Virus record (IMG/VR): IMGVR_UViG_3300032255_000005
Span: 1 to 42,601 of that record
DNA length: 42,601 bases
Direction: 5' to 3' (one strand)
Source: an uncultured virus (IMG/VR IMGVR_UViG_3300032255_000005)
The notes under the pieces are model-generated. The model was not told where the DNA came from. It saw only the letters and a program-made list of their open reading frames with translations, and ran no database searches. Shown one piece after another: positions 1-8,506 of this stretch; within the stretch, counting starts at the first letter, position 1; every line of letters begins with the position of its first letter. Both the position numbers and the translations under genes were made by a program.

Positions 1-80
1 ACTATATCGCTACACTTAAAAAAAAGCAAAAAAAAGCAGCTAACACATACGCGTTAACTGCTTGATTTGACTTACTTATT

Positions 81-125
81 TGGTGCGCCTGGCACGATTC
101 GAACGTGCGACCGCTCGGTTCGTAG
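81..125 (-). repeat. att core copy 1 (3' 45 nt of tRNA-Arg), left boundary of the small element
   Basis: TGGTGCGCCTGGCACGATTCGAACGTGCGACCGCTCGGTTCGTAG is identical to 5375-5419 and has one mismatch to 42446-42490. Confidence 0.95.
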
Positions 126-378
126 TGGCTAAAAGGTATAATTTAATCATTTAAAATCAACAACTTAAATGGCTCCGCCCTCACCCTATATTTCGCTAAA
201 ACTCGCTATCGCTCGTAGAGAGTTTATTCAACACTACAAAAATTAAGTTTTGACCTGCTTATATAGTCGTGAGATATTAAGCCCCCTCAATAAATGCGTT
301 ATATTTTTTTACTAATATATTTTCCAATTAAACGCTACCAATTATGAGTAAATCAGCAGTTACATGGAGTAAACTGAA

Positions 379-1764
379 ATGCTAGATAATAATAAAGTAG
401 AGACTTCTGAAATAAATACCAGCAGGCCTGAATCTTCTGAATCTTCTGAATCTTCTGAATCTTCTGAATCTTCTGAATCTTCTGAATCTTCTGAATCTTC
501 TAAAGATTCTAAATCTTCTAAACTAATAAGTGATGTTATTGATAATTTTTTACATCGAGTACTAGATATCGAAGATTGTGCAAATGATTTTCTTCCCGTA
601 GCAATAAATAAATATAATGAAAACGCTAAAAGACTAGATGCAGAAGTATTAATGCATAAAGGGCTTCTTAATGCCGAAGTAGATACTGATAAAAAACCTC
701 ATAACCTTAAAAATCTTCGTAAATCTCTCAAAGAAATTGATCGTCATAATAGCTCCTTACCCGTAGATACACTTGAAAAAAGCCTATTCATCTATTTGTT
801 TGCAGCATTTGATAAATATATCGGTGATTTAATATCCGTTATTTACCAATTAAAGCCCGACCTATACAAAAACATACACAAAGAAATTTTATTATCTGAA
901 GTCTTGCAATACGAATCTATGGATGAGCTTCGAAAAGAAACTCTTAACAAAGAAATTGAGACTATTAAAAGGAAAGGGTATGTAGAGCAGTTTAAGGACT
1001 TAGAAGATAAGTTCTCCATTAAGCTTTCAAAGTTTGACCTCTGGCCACACTTTATTGAAAGTGCGCAACGTAGAAATTTGTTTACTCATTGTGATGGCAT
1101 TGTAAGCAAACAATACCTTGATATATGTAAAAACGTTGGTGTCAAATTTAAAAAAGAACCATTAATAGATGATCAATTAAAAATAGGAAAAGTATATCTT
1201 TTTAGAACTTGTTTCATAATATCTAAAGTCGCTGTAATGTTAGGTCATACATTATGGAGAAAAACACAACCAACAGATCTAGACAATGCAGACACACATT
1301 TAACCAATGTGATTTTTGATTTTTTAGATATGGAAAATTGGGGTAAAGCAATATCTCTAAGCGAGTTTGCACTTGAACTCCCTAAAATATCAACAGAACA
1401 AACACATTGCATATTTATTATTAACTATGCCATTGCATTAAAATCTATAGAAAACAACAAGAAGGCACAAAAAGAACTTGGTAAAAAAGATTGGTCGGCA
1501 ACAACTTATGATTTCAAACTAGCACATGCAGTCTTGACTGATGATTTTTCGAGAGCGAAAGATCTGATGATAAGGATAGGAACTGATGGAGAATTAATTT
1601 CTGAACTTGCATATCATGACTGGCCTCTTTTTAAAGACTTTCGTAATAGCAAAGAATTTCTTGATGCTTACGAAAAGGTATATGGATATAAGTATTCATC
1701 AAAATTAACATCCCTTGCTGTAGAAAAGAAATCCAATATTGATGAAAACAGCTCCACAGAATAA
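379..1764 (+). CDS. Hypothetical protein with HEPN-like domain and helical (TPR-like) C-terminus; putative defence protein
   Basis: 461 aa; helix LFIYLFAAFDKYIGDLI followed later by RNLFTH (R-X4-H); AT-rich cargo position. Confidence 0.55.
   Translation: MLDNNKVETSEINTSRPESSESSESSESSESSESSESSESSKDSKSSKLISDVIDNFLHRVLDIEDCANDFLPVAINKYNENAKRLDAEVLMHKGLLNAEVDTDKKPHNLKNLRKSLKEIDRHNSSLPVDTLEKSLFIYLFAAFDKYIGDLISVIYQLKPDLYKNIHKEILLSEVLQYESMDELRKETLNKEIETIKRKGYVEQFKDLEDKFSIKLSKFDLWPHFIESAQRRNLFTHCDGIVSKQYLDICKNVGVKFKKEPLIDDQLKIGKVYLFRTCFIISKVAVMLGHTLWRKTQPTDLDNADTHLTNVIFDFLDMENWGKAISLSEFALELPKISTEQTHCIFIINYAIALKSIENNKKAQKELGKKDWSATTYDFKLAHAVLTDDFSRAKDLMIRIGTDGELISELAYHDWPLFKDFRNSKEFLDAYEKVYGYKYSSKLTSLAVEKKSNIDENSSTE
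430..501 (+). repeat. In-frame 9-bp tandem repeat (GAATCTTCT)x8 encoding (ESS)8
   Basis: Seen directly in the DNA and the protein. Confidence 0.97.
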
Positions 1765-1815
1765 TACCTGTAATTGATAATATAATAAGTCCATACATTA
1801 CCGGCTTAGAAACTA

Positions 1816-2664
1816 ATGTCTTTTGATAAAAAAACAATAGTTAAAACACTTCTTACTATAGTCCCGGAGCTTGATACAACTCTCGTCTATTTAGAAAAAA
1901 ATGAAGGATGGATTAATTTAGACGAACGATTTATTTCACTTCTTCTGCAATGGGACTTAAGTTGGCAAGAATATTACGAAGATGAACAACGTCTTCGTGC
2001 ATTAAGTTCTCTGATGCTTTTTGACGTAGAAAAACTTAAGAATATAAAAGAAAGTGACGACTATGAATCTGCATTACTTGAAATAGTAGCTTTAAATAAT
2101 GAAGTAGATAATTTAAATTTTGATGACATAGGTACTCCTGAGCAACTAGCAGAATCATTTAAAGAATCATCTAATGAAGAAAAAAATAAGACATTAAAAC
2201 AATCCGTTATTTTTTGTTTAGGAATGATAACTTCCAGTTTTAATTATTTAGCATTAATGTTACATGGTCATACTATGTGCTCCTTAGTTTCCATGGCTAA
2301 GGATGGTGATGATAATGCCTTTTGTAAAGCCGTGCATATAGATAGAACAGTACTTAACCTTCCTTATTTTAAACAGCGCATGCTTAAAGCACAGTTTGGA
2401 AATGATCAAAACTTCCTTAATATATTAGCTTATCAATTAAAGAACCCGCTCCGTAAGGGAAAGATTAAATATAAAATATTGTGGTTAACATTTCTCATTC
2501 TTGATGATGAAGGGTTGTTGGACAGCTTAAGTCATGAAGAAATTTTTGATATTTGTGAGAAAACTGGTGTCTATGGAAAAGAGCATGGTATAGAAGACGT
2601 TGGCCATATATCAAAACGATTACGTGATTTTAGAAAGTATCAGGGGAAGTCAAAAATATTTTGA
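1816..2664 (+). CDS. Hypothetical protein (element cargo)
   Basis: 282-aa ORF, co-oriented with neighbours, no motif recognised. Confidence 0.7.
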   Translation: MSFDKKTIVKTLLTIVPELDTTLVYLEKNEGWINLDERFISLLLQWDLSWQEYYEDEQRLRALSSLMLFDVEKLKNIKESDDYESALLEIVALNNEVDNLNFDDIGTPEQLAESFKESSNEEKNKTLKQSVIFCLGMITSSFNYLALMLHGHTMCSLVSMAKDGDDNAFCKAVHIDRTVLNLPYFKQRMLKAQFGNDQNFLNILAYQLKNPLRKGKIKYKILWLTFLILDDEGLLDSLSHEEIFDICEKTGVYGKEHGIEDVGHISKRLRDFRKYQGKSKIF

Positions 2665-2706
2665 CGTCCTGTATTCACCTCTTAAACATGCATAGTTTAC
2701 ATATCC

Positions 2707-4077
2707 ATGAGGACAGATTGGCTGTCCTTCTTAACATGGATGAACACTATGAAATTACCACAAGAGAATCAATCTCGTACTTCACTTAACAATACTACTA
2801 AGCAAAATGAAGCCCCTTCTGGGTCTGGGGCGCAGCCACAGTTTCAGACGGGGCATTCCTCAGGTGCGCCACCTAGTAACACAGCACCCTATAATTGCAT
2901 TGATCCTAATTTGACTAAGATTCTTCGATGTTCAATCGACAGTTTGTATTTGTCATATTCTGGGAACCTTTACGAAAAATGGAATAAAAAGTTCCAGTTA
3001 TTAAAGATAATGGCGCAGTCTGAGGATGAGATGGAAAAATCCCAAGCGCAAGTCGCCCTTGGTCGACATCTTTTTGAGCTTATGGGTAAAGGTGACGGAC
3101 GATTCCCGTATGTTCTGCAAGACGGTGCGCTAAGGATTTCCCTTTCAAAGCCTGAAGCCCTGTCGATGCCTCTTTCTTATGCACAACTATCGAGTGAATC
3201 ACTCACTTTCTCGGACGTAGAGCCGCTTGAGGCTGATTTAAGGTTTGTTATTAATACTATTGGCAATGTCACAGACGAGCCTAAGATCAGTCGTGTCGAT
3301 CTCTGTATTGATTTTATAACGAATGAACCTCTCGAAGGTATTAATGATAATGCATGGGTGTCACGCGCTCATCTGATTAATCGCTATTCAAATAAACGCA
3401 CTTTTTCGGGTTGGGTGATTGGTTCAGGTGGCGCCATGAGTGCGCGACTTTATGATAAAACTTTAGAGATTAGAAAAAGTAAAAAAGATTATCTAAGAGA
3501 TATTTGGAAATCTGAAGGTTGGGATGAAAAACAAACTGTTTGGCGTTTAGAGTTTCAGTTTCGCCGTGAAGTCTTAAAACAACTCAATATCGTATCAATA
3601 CCTGACCTACTCGCGAACTTAAACAACTTATGGAACTACGCAACTCACGATTGGTTACGTTTAACCATTCCTAATTCAAAAGATGAAACGCAAACACGTT
3701 GGCCTAATCACCCTCTGTGGGATGTTTTATCGGATGCTCCTTGGGAGTATGACGAGCTAATAAAACTTAAACGCACTCATCTTACGCGCCCTCCTTCACG
3801 AGAATCATTATTTGTGAATGGTCTTGGCGGCATTACTTCTTTTATGGCCTTAGAAGGCATCACAGATCTTGGTGAAGGCTTTGGTGAATTTTTAAATCAA
3901 GCTCATATTTATCATGATCAGCAAGAACGTTTTAAAGGCTATCGGTTCGGGACGTACATCGAAACTAAAGTCCGTCAAAAAGGCCGCAAGTTTAATACCT
4001 TAAATAATATTGGACGAGATGATGCAGAAATAAAACAACACGCCAGAGATTATCGAAAAGAGAAAGATGGTGAATAA
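2707..4077 (+). CDS. Rolling-circle replication initiation factor (Rep_trans family); start may be 2749
   Basis: Motifs SIDSLYL, SRVDLCIDF, RLYDKTLEI, VWRLEFQFRR. Confidence 0.85.
   Translation: MRTDWLSFLTWMNTMKLPQENQSRTSLNNTTKQNEAPSGSGAQPQFQTGHSSGAPPSNTAPYNCIDPNLTKILRCSIDSLYLSYSGNLYEKWNKKFQLLKIMAQSEDEMEKSQAQVALGRHLFELMGKGDGRFPYVLQDGALRISLSKPEALSMPLSYAQLSSESLTFSDVEPLEADLRFVINTIGNVTDEPKISRVDLCIDFITNEPLEGINDNAWVSRAHLINRYSNKRTFSGWVIGSGGAMSARLYDKTLEIRKSKKDYLRDIWKSEGWDEKQTVWRLEFQFRREVLKQLNIVSIPDLLANLNNLWNYATHDWLRLTIPNSKDETQTRWPNHPLWDVLSDAPWEYDELIKLKRTHLTRPPSRESLFVNGLGGITSFMALEGITDLGEGFGEFLNQAHIYHDQQERFKGYRFGTYIETKVRQKGRKFNTLNNIGRDDAEIKQHARDYRKEKDGE
2811..2888 (+). promoter_or_regulatory. Putative double-strand origin / nick region within the 5' end of rep
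   Basis: GC-rich hairpins GCCCC-N10-GGGGC and GGTGC-(GCCACCTAGTAACACA)-GCACC; Rep_trans origins often lie inside the 5' part of rep. Confidence 0.45.
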
Positions 4078-4393
4078 AAAGCAACAGCCTGCCCTTTCCT
4101 TACCGAGTGCGCGTTGTCTAACAAAGCATCAAGCGGCGCAATATTTAGGTATTGGAGTGACTTTACTGACCGAAATCGGAGTACCCAATATCCGCTTAGG
4201 TCGTCGTATTGTCTACGATGTGCTTGACCTAGATCGTTGGCTCGATCAGTATAAGCATCGAGGGCGGGCCGAGGAGGATGTATGGCCCGAGAAAAAGGAC
4301 TCTATCGTCGAAAAGATTCACCCTACTGGTGGATTGATATCGTCTTATCAGACGGACGACGAGTATGCAAAAGTACTCGACTTAAAGTCTTAG
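4067..4393 (+). CDS. HTH DNA-binding protein / excisionase
   Basis: LTKHQAAQYLGIG...IRLGRRIVYDVLDLDRWL; overlaps the 5' end of the integrase. Confidence 0.8.
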   Translation: MVNKKQQPALSLPSARCLTKHQAAQYLGIGVTLLTEIGVPNIRLGRRIVYDVLDLDRWLDQYKHRGRAEEDVWPEKKDSIVEKIHPTGGLISSYQTDDEYAKVLDLKS

Positions 4394-5331
4394 CAGATGC
4401 TACAGAGTATCTGATCAACCTCAAGCAAAAGGCATATGACGATGCCCGTACGGGAATAAAACGTAATAAGACATGGCGAGAAGCAGTGGTACGGTATTCA
4501 CAAGAAAACCGTGATAAAAAATCACTAAGGGCTGATCTTGATAATTTACGCAAACTTGATCCGTATTTGGGCGATAAAATGTTAGAGCAGATCTGTATGG
4601 ATTTGCTTTGGCCGTTTATCCATCACCGCCGAGAAGTGGACGCGGTTCAACCTGCTACCATTAATCGTGCATTGGAAGTGGTTCGTCGTATCTTGCATTT
4701 AGCGCGTGATGAGTGGAATTGGTTATCACGGTTTCCCCGCATAAAAATGCTACGGGAACCTAAACGCCGCGTTCGCTTTATTACACGTGAAGAGGCCGAT
4801 AGATTGCTTGAGGCACTACCTGCGCATTTGCATGCAGTTGTGCAATTTGCGTTAAGCACCGGTTGTAGAATGTCGGAAATTTTACAACTGGATTGGCAAC
4901 GTGTTGATTTTGATCGTCGTGTTGCATGGCTCGATCCGGGCACAACGAAAAATGGGGAAGGACGCGGTATTCCACTAAACAAGGAAGCCACCCTCGCCCT
5001 TCGAAGTGTACAAGGACAGCATGCAAAATGGTGTTTTACCTTCAAAGGTAAGCCCATGAAGGCAATTGGATCATCATGGAAACGTGTACTCGAAAAGGTC
5101 GGGATTGAAAACTTTCGTTTTCATGACTGTCGTCATACATGGGCAAGTTGGCATGTAATGAACGGCACGAACCTGCAAGAGTTAATGGAACTCGGTGGCT
5201 GGAAGTCGTATGAGATGGTTCTAAGATACGCCCATCTTGCCCCTGAACACCTTGCACAAGCCGCTTCAAGAATTGAGCGAAAATGGGACGCTATTAGCGT
5301 TGGGAATGACTCTACGATTTCCCTACGCTAA
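4282..5331 (+). CDS. int: Tyrosine recombinase (integrase) of the small element
   Basis: TGCRMSEI, TTKNG, RFHDCRHTWASW, LGGW, RYAHL; adjacent to att. Confidence 0.95.
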   Translation: MAREKGLYRRKDSPYWWIDIVLSDGRRVCKSTRLKVLADATEYLINLKQKAYDDARTGIKRNKTWREAVVRYSQENRDKKSLRADLDNLRKLDPYLGDKMLEQICMDLLWPFIHHRREVDAVQPATINRALEVVRRILHLARDEWNWLSRFPRIKMLREPKRRVRFITREEADRLLEALPAHLHAVVQFALSTGCRMSEILQLDWQRVDFDRRVAWLDPGTTKNGEGRGIPLNKEATLALRSVQGQHAKWCFTFKGKPMKAIGSSWKRVLEKVGIENFRFHDCRHTWASWHVMNGTNLQELMELGGWKSYEMVLRYAHLAPEHLAQAASRIERKWDAISVGNDSTISLR

Positions 5332-5374
5332 GCAAAAAAAAAGACCTACGCAAAACGTAAGTCTTTGATTTGTA

Positions 5375-5419
5375 TGGTGCGCCTGGCACGATTCGAACGT
5401 GCGACCGCTCGGTTCGTAG
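5375..5419 (-). repeat. att core copy 2, junction between the small element and the prophage
   Basis: 45-bp direct repeat of the tRNA-Arg 3' half. Confidence 0.95.
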
Positions 5420-5474
5420 TAGTGTTCTTTGACTCCTTTTTTCCTCTTTAAATCAAACAGTTAACAGTACATTA

Positions 5475-5550
5475 CTCCCCCATAGAGCATAGAATCATGA
5501 CTTTTTAAGTCTTTGTTTTATATGGGCTTTAATTTTCTTGTGGGGGGAAT
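5475..5550. promoter_or_regulatory. Putative integrase arm-binding sites at the left prophage end
   Basis: CTCCCCCATAG (5475) and GTGGGGGGAAT (5540) resemble the CTATGGGGGGAT repeats at 42361 and 42380. Confidence 0.6.
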
Positions 5551-5646
5551 TACAGGGTTGTTATGGCGTCCCCAAGGGTAAGCATCGATAACCCTGCTAT
5601 TACATACATCCGCAACCTGTTAATAAATAAGGCTGCTTAAGCCTGG

Positions 5647-6000
5647 TCAGCTATTGGTAAACTCTACCAGCTTTTTTTCTAAAAGTTCGGTTAAATTGTT
5701 CTTACAAAAAACTTCGGCATATTGGGAGAACGTCTCAACATTAGTTGCATCTGAAACGCCCGTGAAGAACAGTACCTTTATATCCTTGTTTTGCTCGGTT
5801 AGCTGTCTCATAAGCTCGACCCCGTTCATATTAGGCATAAGTAGGTCGATAATGGCATGGGTGTATTTTTCTGGTTCATCATCGAAAACGTCTTTCACCA
5901 ACAAAGGTTCATTAAAAACAATGCACTTTTTATTGTGTTTGCGGAGTATCGCTTCAACAATTGTGGTTATCACGTCTGAGTCGTCAACAACTAATATCAT
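5647..6000 (-). CDS. Single-domain response regulator receiver (CheY-like)
   Basis: ILVVDDS, IIDLLMPNMNGVEL (phospho-acceptor Asp), FFTG, conserved Lys. Confidence 0.9.
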   Translation of the reverse strand: MILVVDDSDVITTIVEAILRKHNKKCIVFNEPLLVKDVFDDEPEKYTHAIIDLLMPNMNGVELMRQLTEQNKDIKVLFFTGVSDATNVETFSQYAEVFCKNNLTELLEKKLVEFTNS

Positions 6001-6152
6001 GCATATTTTATCGGGCCTTATCTGGAAAGCTTTAATCTAATTTGTCAAATTTAATTAACCTAAAATAAGTACGTAATAATCTATAAGTTATTGATTTTAT
6101 AAAAGTTACAAATTATTTTGATTTTACTTTAATTGCTAATTCGAGTTTAATT

Positions 6153-6902
6153 TTGCTCCACTTTTATTTTTTTATTTGGAAAACTTCCGTCTATTTGTGG
6201 TGGGTAGGATTTATTGTGGAAACTAAAAATGACACTTTGCAAGAAAGGATCACTGTTCTTATTGGTAACGACAAAGAACGTAGGCTTGAGGCCGCCAGAG
6301 TTTGTGACGTAGATATTTCGACCGTGGCTAAATGGATAAGCGGTAAATTGGTGCCGAGTATGGACCAGGTAAAAATGCTGGCCGAATATTTTAGTGTTAA
6401 TTATATCCATTTGCAGCACGGCTCTTCTGCTGTTCGTAACGCTTACGAATATTACAAAAATAATTATATTGATGGCTACCAAGCTGCAAACAAAGAGATT
6501 TGTGACGCTTATGGACATGCTTTGATTCGACTAAATACCGAGCTACTAAATAGGCGAGTTAGCAGCGATGTTTATAATGTAATTATGGAAAACTCTGAAG
6601 ACGAGCTTTATGTTTTAGATAAAGAGTTTAATCTTGTCCATGCAAGCAAGAAAGCGCGAGCCAGATTAGGTTATTCATATACTGAAATTAAAAAACTTCA
6701 TGTTTTAGATATTAAAGACAAGATGACAGAGGAAGATTTTAATTCTATTCGCAATGGGTTGATCGAGGAACGCGACCCAATACGGTTTTTAACAGATCAT
6801 AAAAAGCGGGATGGCCGCACCTATCAGCTAGAAATAACGATCCAAATGATTAAAATATGCGGTGAGCCGCATTATGTGTCGATTGGAAAAGATCCAGATT
6901 AA
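6153..6902 (+). CDS. XRE-type HTH plus C-terminal PAS-domain protein; likely start near 6217
   Basis: EAARVCDVDISTVAKWISGKLVPS (HTH); IMENSEDELYVLD...ARLGYSYTEI...HKKRDGRTYQLEI (PAS/PAC). Confidence 0.8.
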   Translation: MLHFYFFIWKTSVYLWWVGFIVETKNDTLQERITVLIGNDKERRLEAARVCDVDISTVAKWISGKLVPSMDQVKMLAEYFSVNYIHLQHGSSAVRNAYEYYKNNYIDGYQAANKEICDAYGHALIRLNTELLNRRVSSDVYNVIMENSEDELYVLDKEFNLVHASKKARARLGYSYTEIKKLHVLDIKDKMTEEDFNSIRNGLIEERDPIRFLTDHKKRDGRTYQLEITIQMIKICGEPHYVSIGKDPD

Positions 6903-6913
6903 ATTGTGCGTAG

Positions 6914-6946
6914 CCGGCCATGCCAAGGCGTCATTGGCATGGCCGG
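6914..6946. terminator. Perfect 13-bp GC-rich inverted repeat, possible terminator between convergent units
   Basis: CCGGCCATGCCAA-N7-TTGGCATGGCCGG just after the PAS gene stop; no clear U-tract. Confidence 0.5.
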
Positions 6947-7304
6947 GGCAGCGTTGGCACTATTTAATGATTTTCTGCTAAAGCTTGTTGTTTTTGTTTT
7001 TTTGTTCATTAGTATAACTCTCCCCCGCAATTATTGGGGCTGCGGGCCGGCTGAAGTTTAGCTGGTAATTCACACAAGGAGATAGTGATGGAAGAATATT
7101 TAGAGGTTTTAGCAAAAAAATACAAAACAAATAAACCAACGAAAGAAAACAAGCTACACATAATGGCGACAATACTATTAGCTATGTGGCTTTTTAGTGT
7201 GTCGGCAGAACAAAATAGAAGAACGGTGCCGATAAAAAACATGGAGTACAAAATGATGAGTCACAGCATCGAGCATAAACACCAGGTTAACTAGCTGGTA
7301 TCAT

Positions 7305-7610
7305 CTATTGTTTGCAGCTAATTGATTTTAGTTGTTTGCGTAACCGCGAAGCATCGGCCTTTAGTGTTTTTTCTCGGTCGGCCAACACATCGTAAGAGTC
7401 ACCACATTCACCTTTTTCTTTTTGTAGTTGTGTTTGGCCTGCTTCGCATAGCGCCTGGTCTTGTTCTACCGATAAAACAAAACCCAGCTTTTTAAAGTTG
7501 GGCGCTTGAGTTTCGCTTATGTGTACGCAGGCTCTGTTTGTCGAACAGCTACTCAGTAAAGCGGCCAGCACGAGCACGAGTATTACTTGCTTCATGAGTT
7601 TTCTCCTCAA
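7305..7610 (-). CDS. Lipoprotein, putative o-spanin
   Basis: Signal peptide with lipobox LLSSC; overlaps the upstream TM gene in the lysis cluster. Confidence 0.6.
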   Translation of the reverse strand: MRRKLMKQVILVLVLAALLSSCSTNRACVHISETQAPNFKKLGFVLSVEQDQALCEAGQTQLQKEKGECGDSYDVLADREKTLKADASRLRKQLKSISCKQ

Positions 7611-7785
7611 ATTCTTCGTTACTTTTTACTGCGGCATCATTCACCGCTGCCTGTGCTTTTTCGTTAGACTCAGCCTGTTTAAGCCGTTCTGATTTCCCGC
7701 CGGCGCGATATATACCCACCGTAAGAATAAAAAGAACAATAGCAATCACAGCGCCACCAAGGGCTTTTAATTTTGTCAGCATCAT
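7549..7785 (-). CDS. Putative i-spanin
   Basis: N-terminal TM helix followed by coiled-coil; lysis cluster position. Confidence 0.55.
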   Translation of the reverse strand: MMLTKLKALGGAVIAIVLFILTVGIYRAGGKSERLKQAESNEKAQAAVNDAAVKSNEEFEEKTHEASNTRARAGRFTE

Positions 7786-7985
7786 TTTTCCCCAACCTTA
7801 CCCGTTGTGGTTTTACGCAAATAAGCAATGTAACCCGCAAACGCCATCCCAATAATTTGAATCGCATTAGCCGGCAAATCCAACTGTGAAATATAAGGCT
7901 GCATTACAGATAAAATCGCAATCAACGCAGCCGTATCAAGCGTGCGTGATTTTTTAATAAACCCTTTATACTTAGGCATTTTCAT
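7782..7985 (-). CDS. Small 2-TM protein, putative holin/antiholin
   Basis: KSRT...two hydrophobic segments...YLRKTTT; next to the candidate endolysin. Confidence 0.55.
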   Translation of the reverse strand: MKMPKYKGFIKKSRTLDTAALIAILSVMQPYISQLDLPANAIQIIGMAFAGYIAYLRKTTTGKVGEK

Positions 7986-7991
7986 TCTCCT

Positions 7992-8420
7992 TTACCGCTC
8001 TTCCCATGTTATTGTTAAGTTATGTGTTTCACCTTCTTCTTTGGGATTAACCAAAGCGTGAAACTCTTCTAAAGCTTGGCGTGACGAAGTTACCATACCG
8101 GTATAATATGTTTTACCTAACCCGATACAGCCTTTAACGTCACGCTCATAATTCGCGACATGAACCAAACAGGCATAGCGCTTAGAATGCGCTTCTTTAA
8201 AATGGGTTATATTTTTTCTGTCATTAATTAAACAAAAAACCGTGCCGTACTTATCAGAATCATGCCTTTCTAATAAATATTCTCCTGAAGGAACGCAAGA
8301 TATTTCAGGGTAGTTATTATTCCAAGGCTTTTCCACGGTATAAAAAACAACATCACCAACAGAAAGAATCCCAAACGTTCCTTCAGATGTAGACTTAAAT
8401 CTTTTTAATGTGAGTTCCAT
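7992..8420 (-). CDS. DUF5675-like protein, candidate endolysin
   Basis: LKRF...TFGIL...YTVEKPW...SCVPSGEY...LVHVAN...DVKGCIGLG. Confidence 0.7.
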   Translation of the reverse strand: MELTLKRFKSTSEGTFGILSVGDVVFYTVEKPWNNNYPEISCVPSGEYLLERHDSDKYGTVFCLINDRKNITHFKEAHSKRYACLVHVANYERDVKGCIGLGKTYYTGMVTSSRQALEEFHALVNPKEEGETHNLTITWEER

Positions 8421-8439
8421 TTTCTTTTCCTTTAAACAT

Positions 8440-8460
8440 AAAAAAACACCCGAAGGTGCT
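8440..8460 (-). terminator. Rho-independent terminator after the tail-fibre gene
   Basis: Minus strand GCACC-TTCG-GGTGT followed by a T-run. Confidence 0.65.
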
Positions 8461-8506
8461 GGTGATAAAATAGTAATGTTTTGTTATTTGTGTTTTATGT
8501 TATTGG

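Larger units (their letters stand above)
81..5419. mobile_element. ~5.3-kb integrative rolling-circle-type element (IME, integrated plasmid or satellite-like)
   Basis: Flanked by direct att repeats; encodes integrase, HTH excisionase, Rep_trans initiator and 2 cargo ORFs; no structural genes. Confidence 0.85.

Noticed and set aside
81-125. Additional tRNA genes at 81-125 and 5375-5419
   Set aside because: Only the 3' 45 nt are present, without D-arm or 5' acceptor strand; these are att copies.
6978-7294. Overlapping ORFs 6978-7172(-), 7009-7251(-) and 7085-7294(+)
   Set aside because: Cannot tell which, if any, is real; no recognisable motif.
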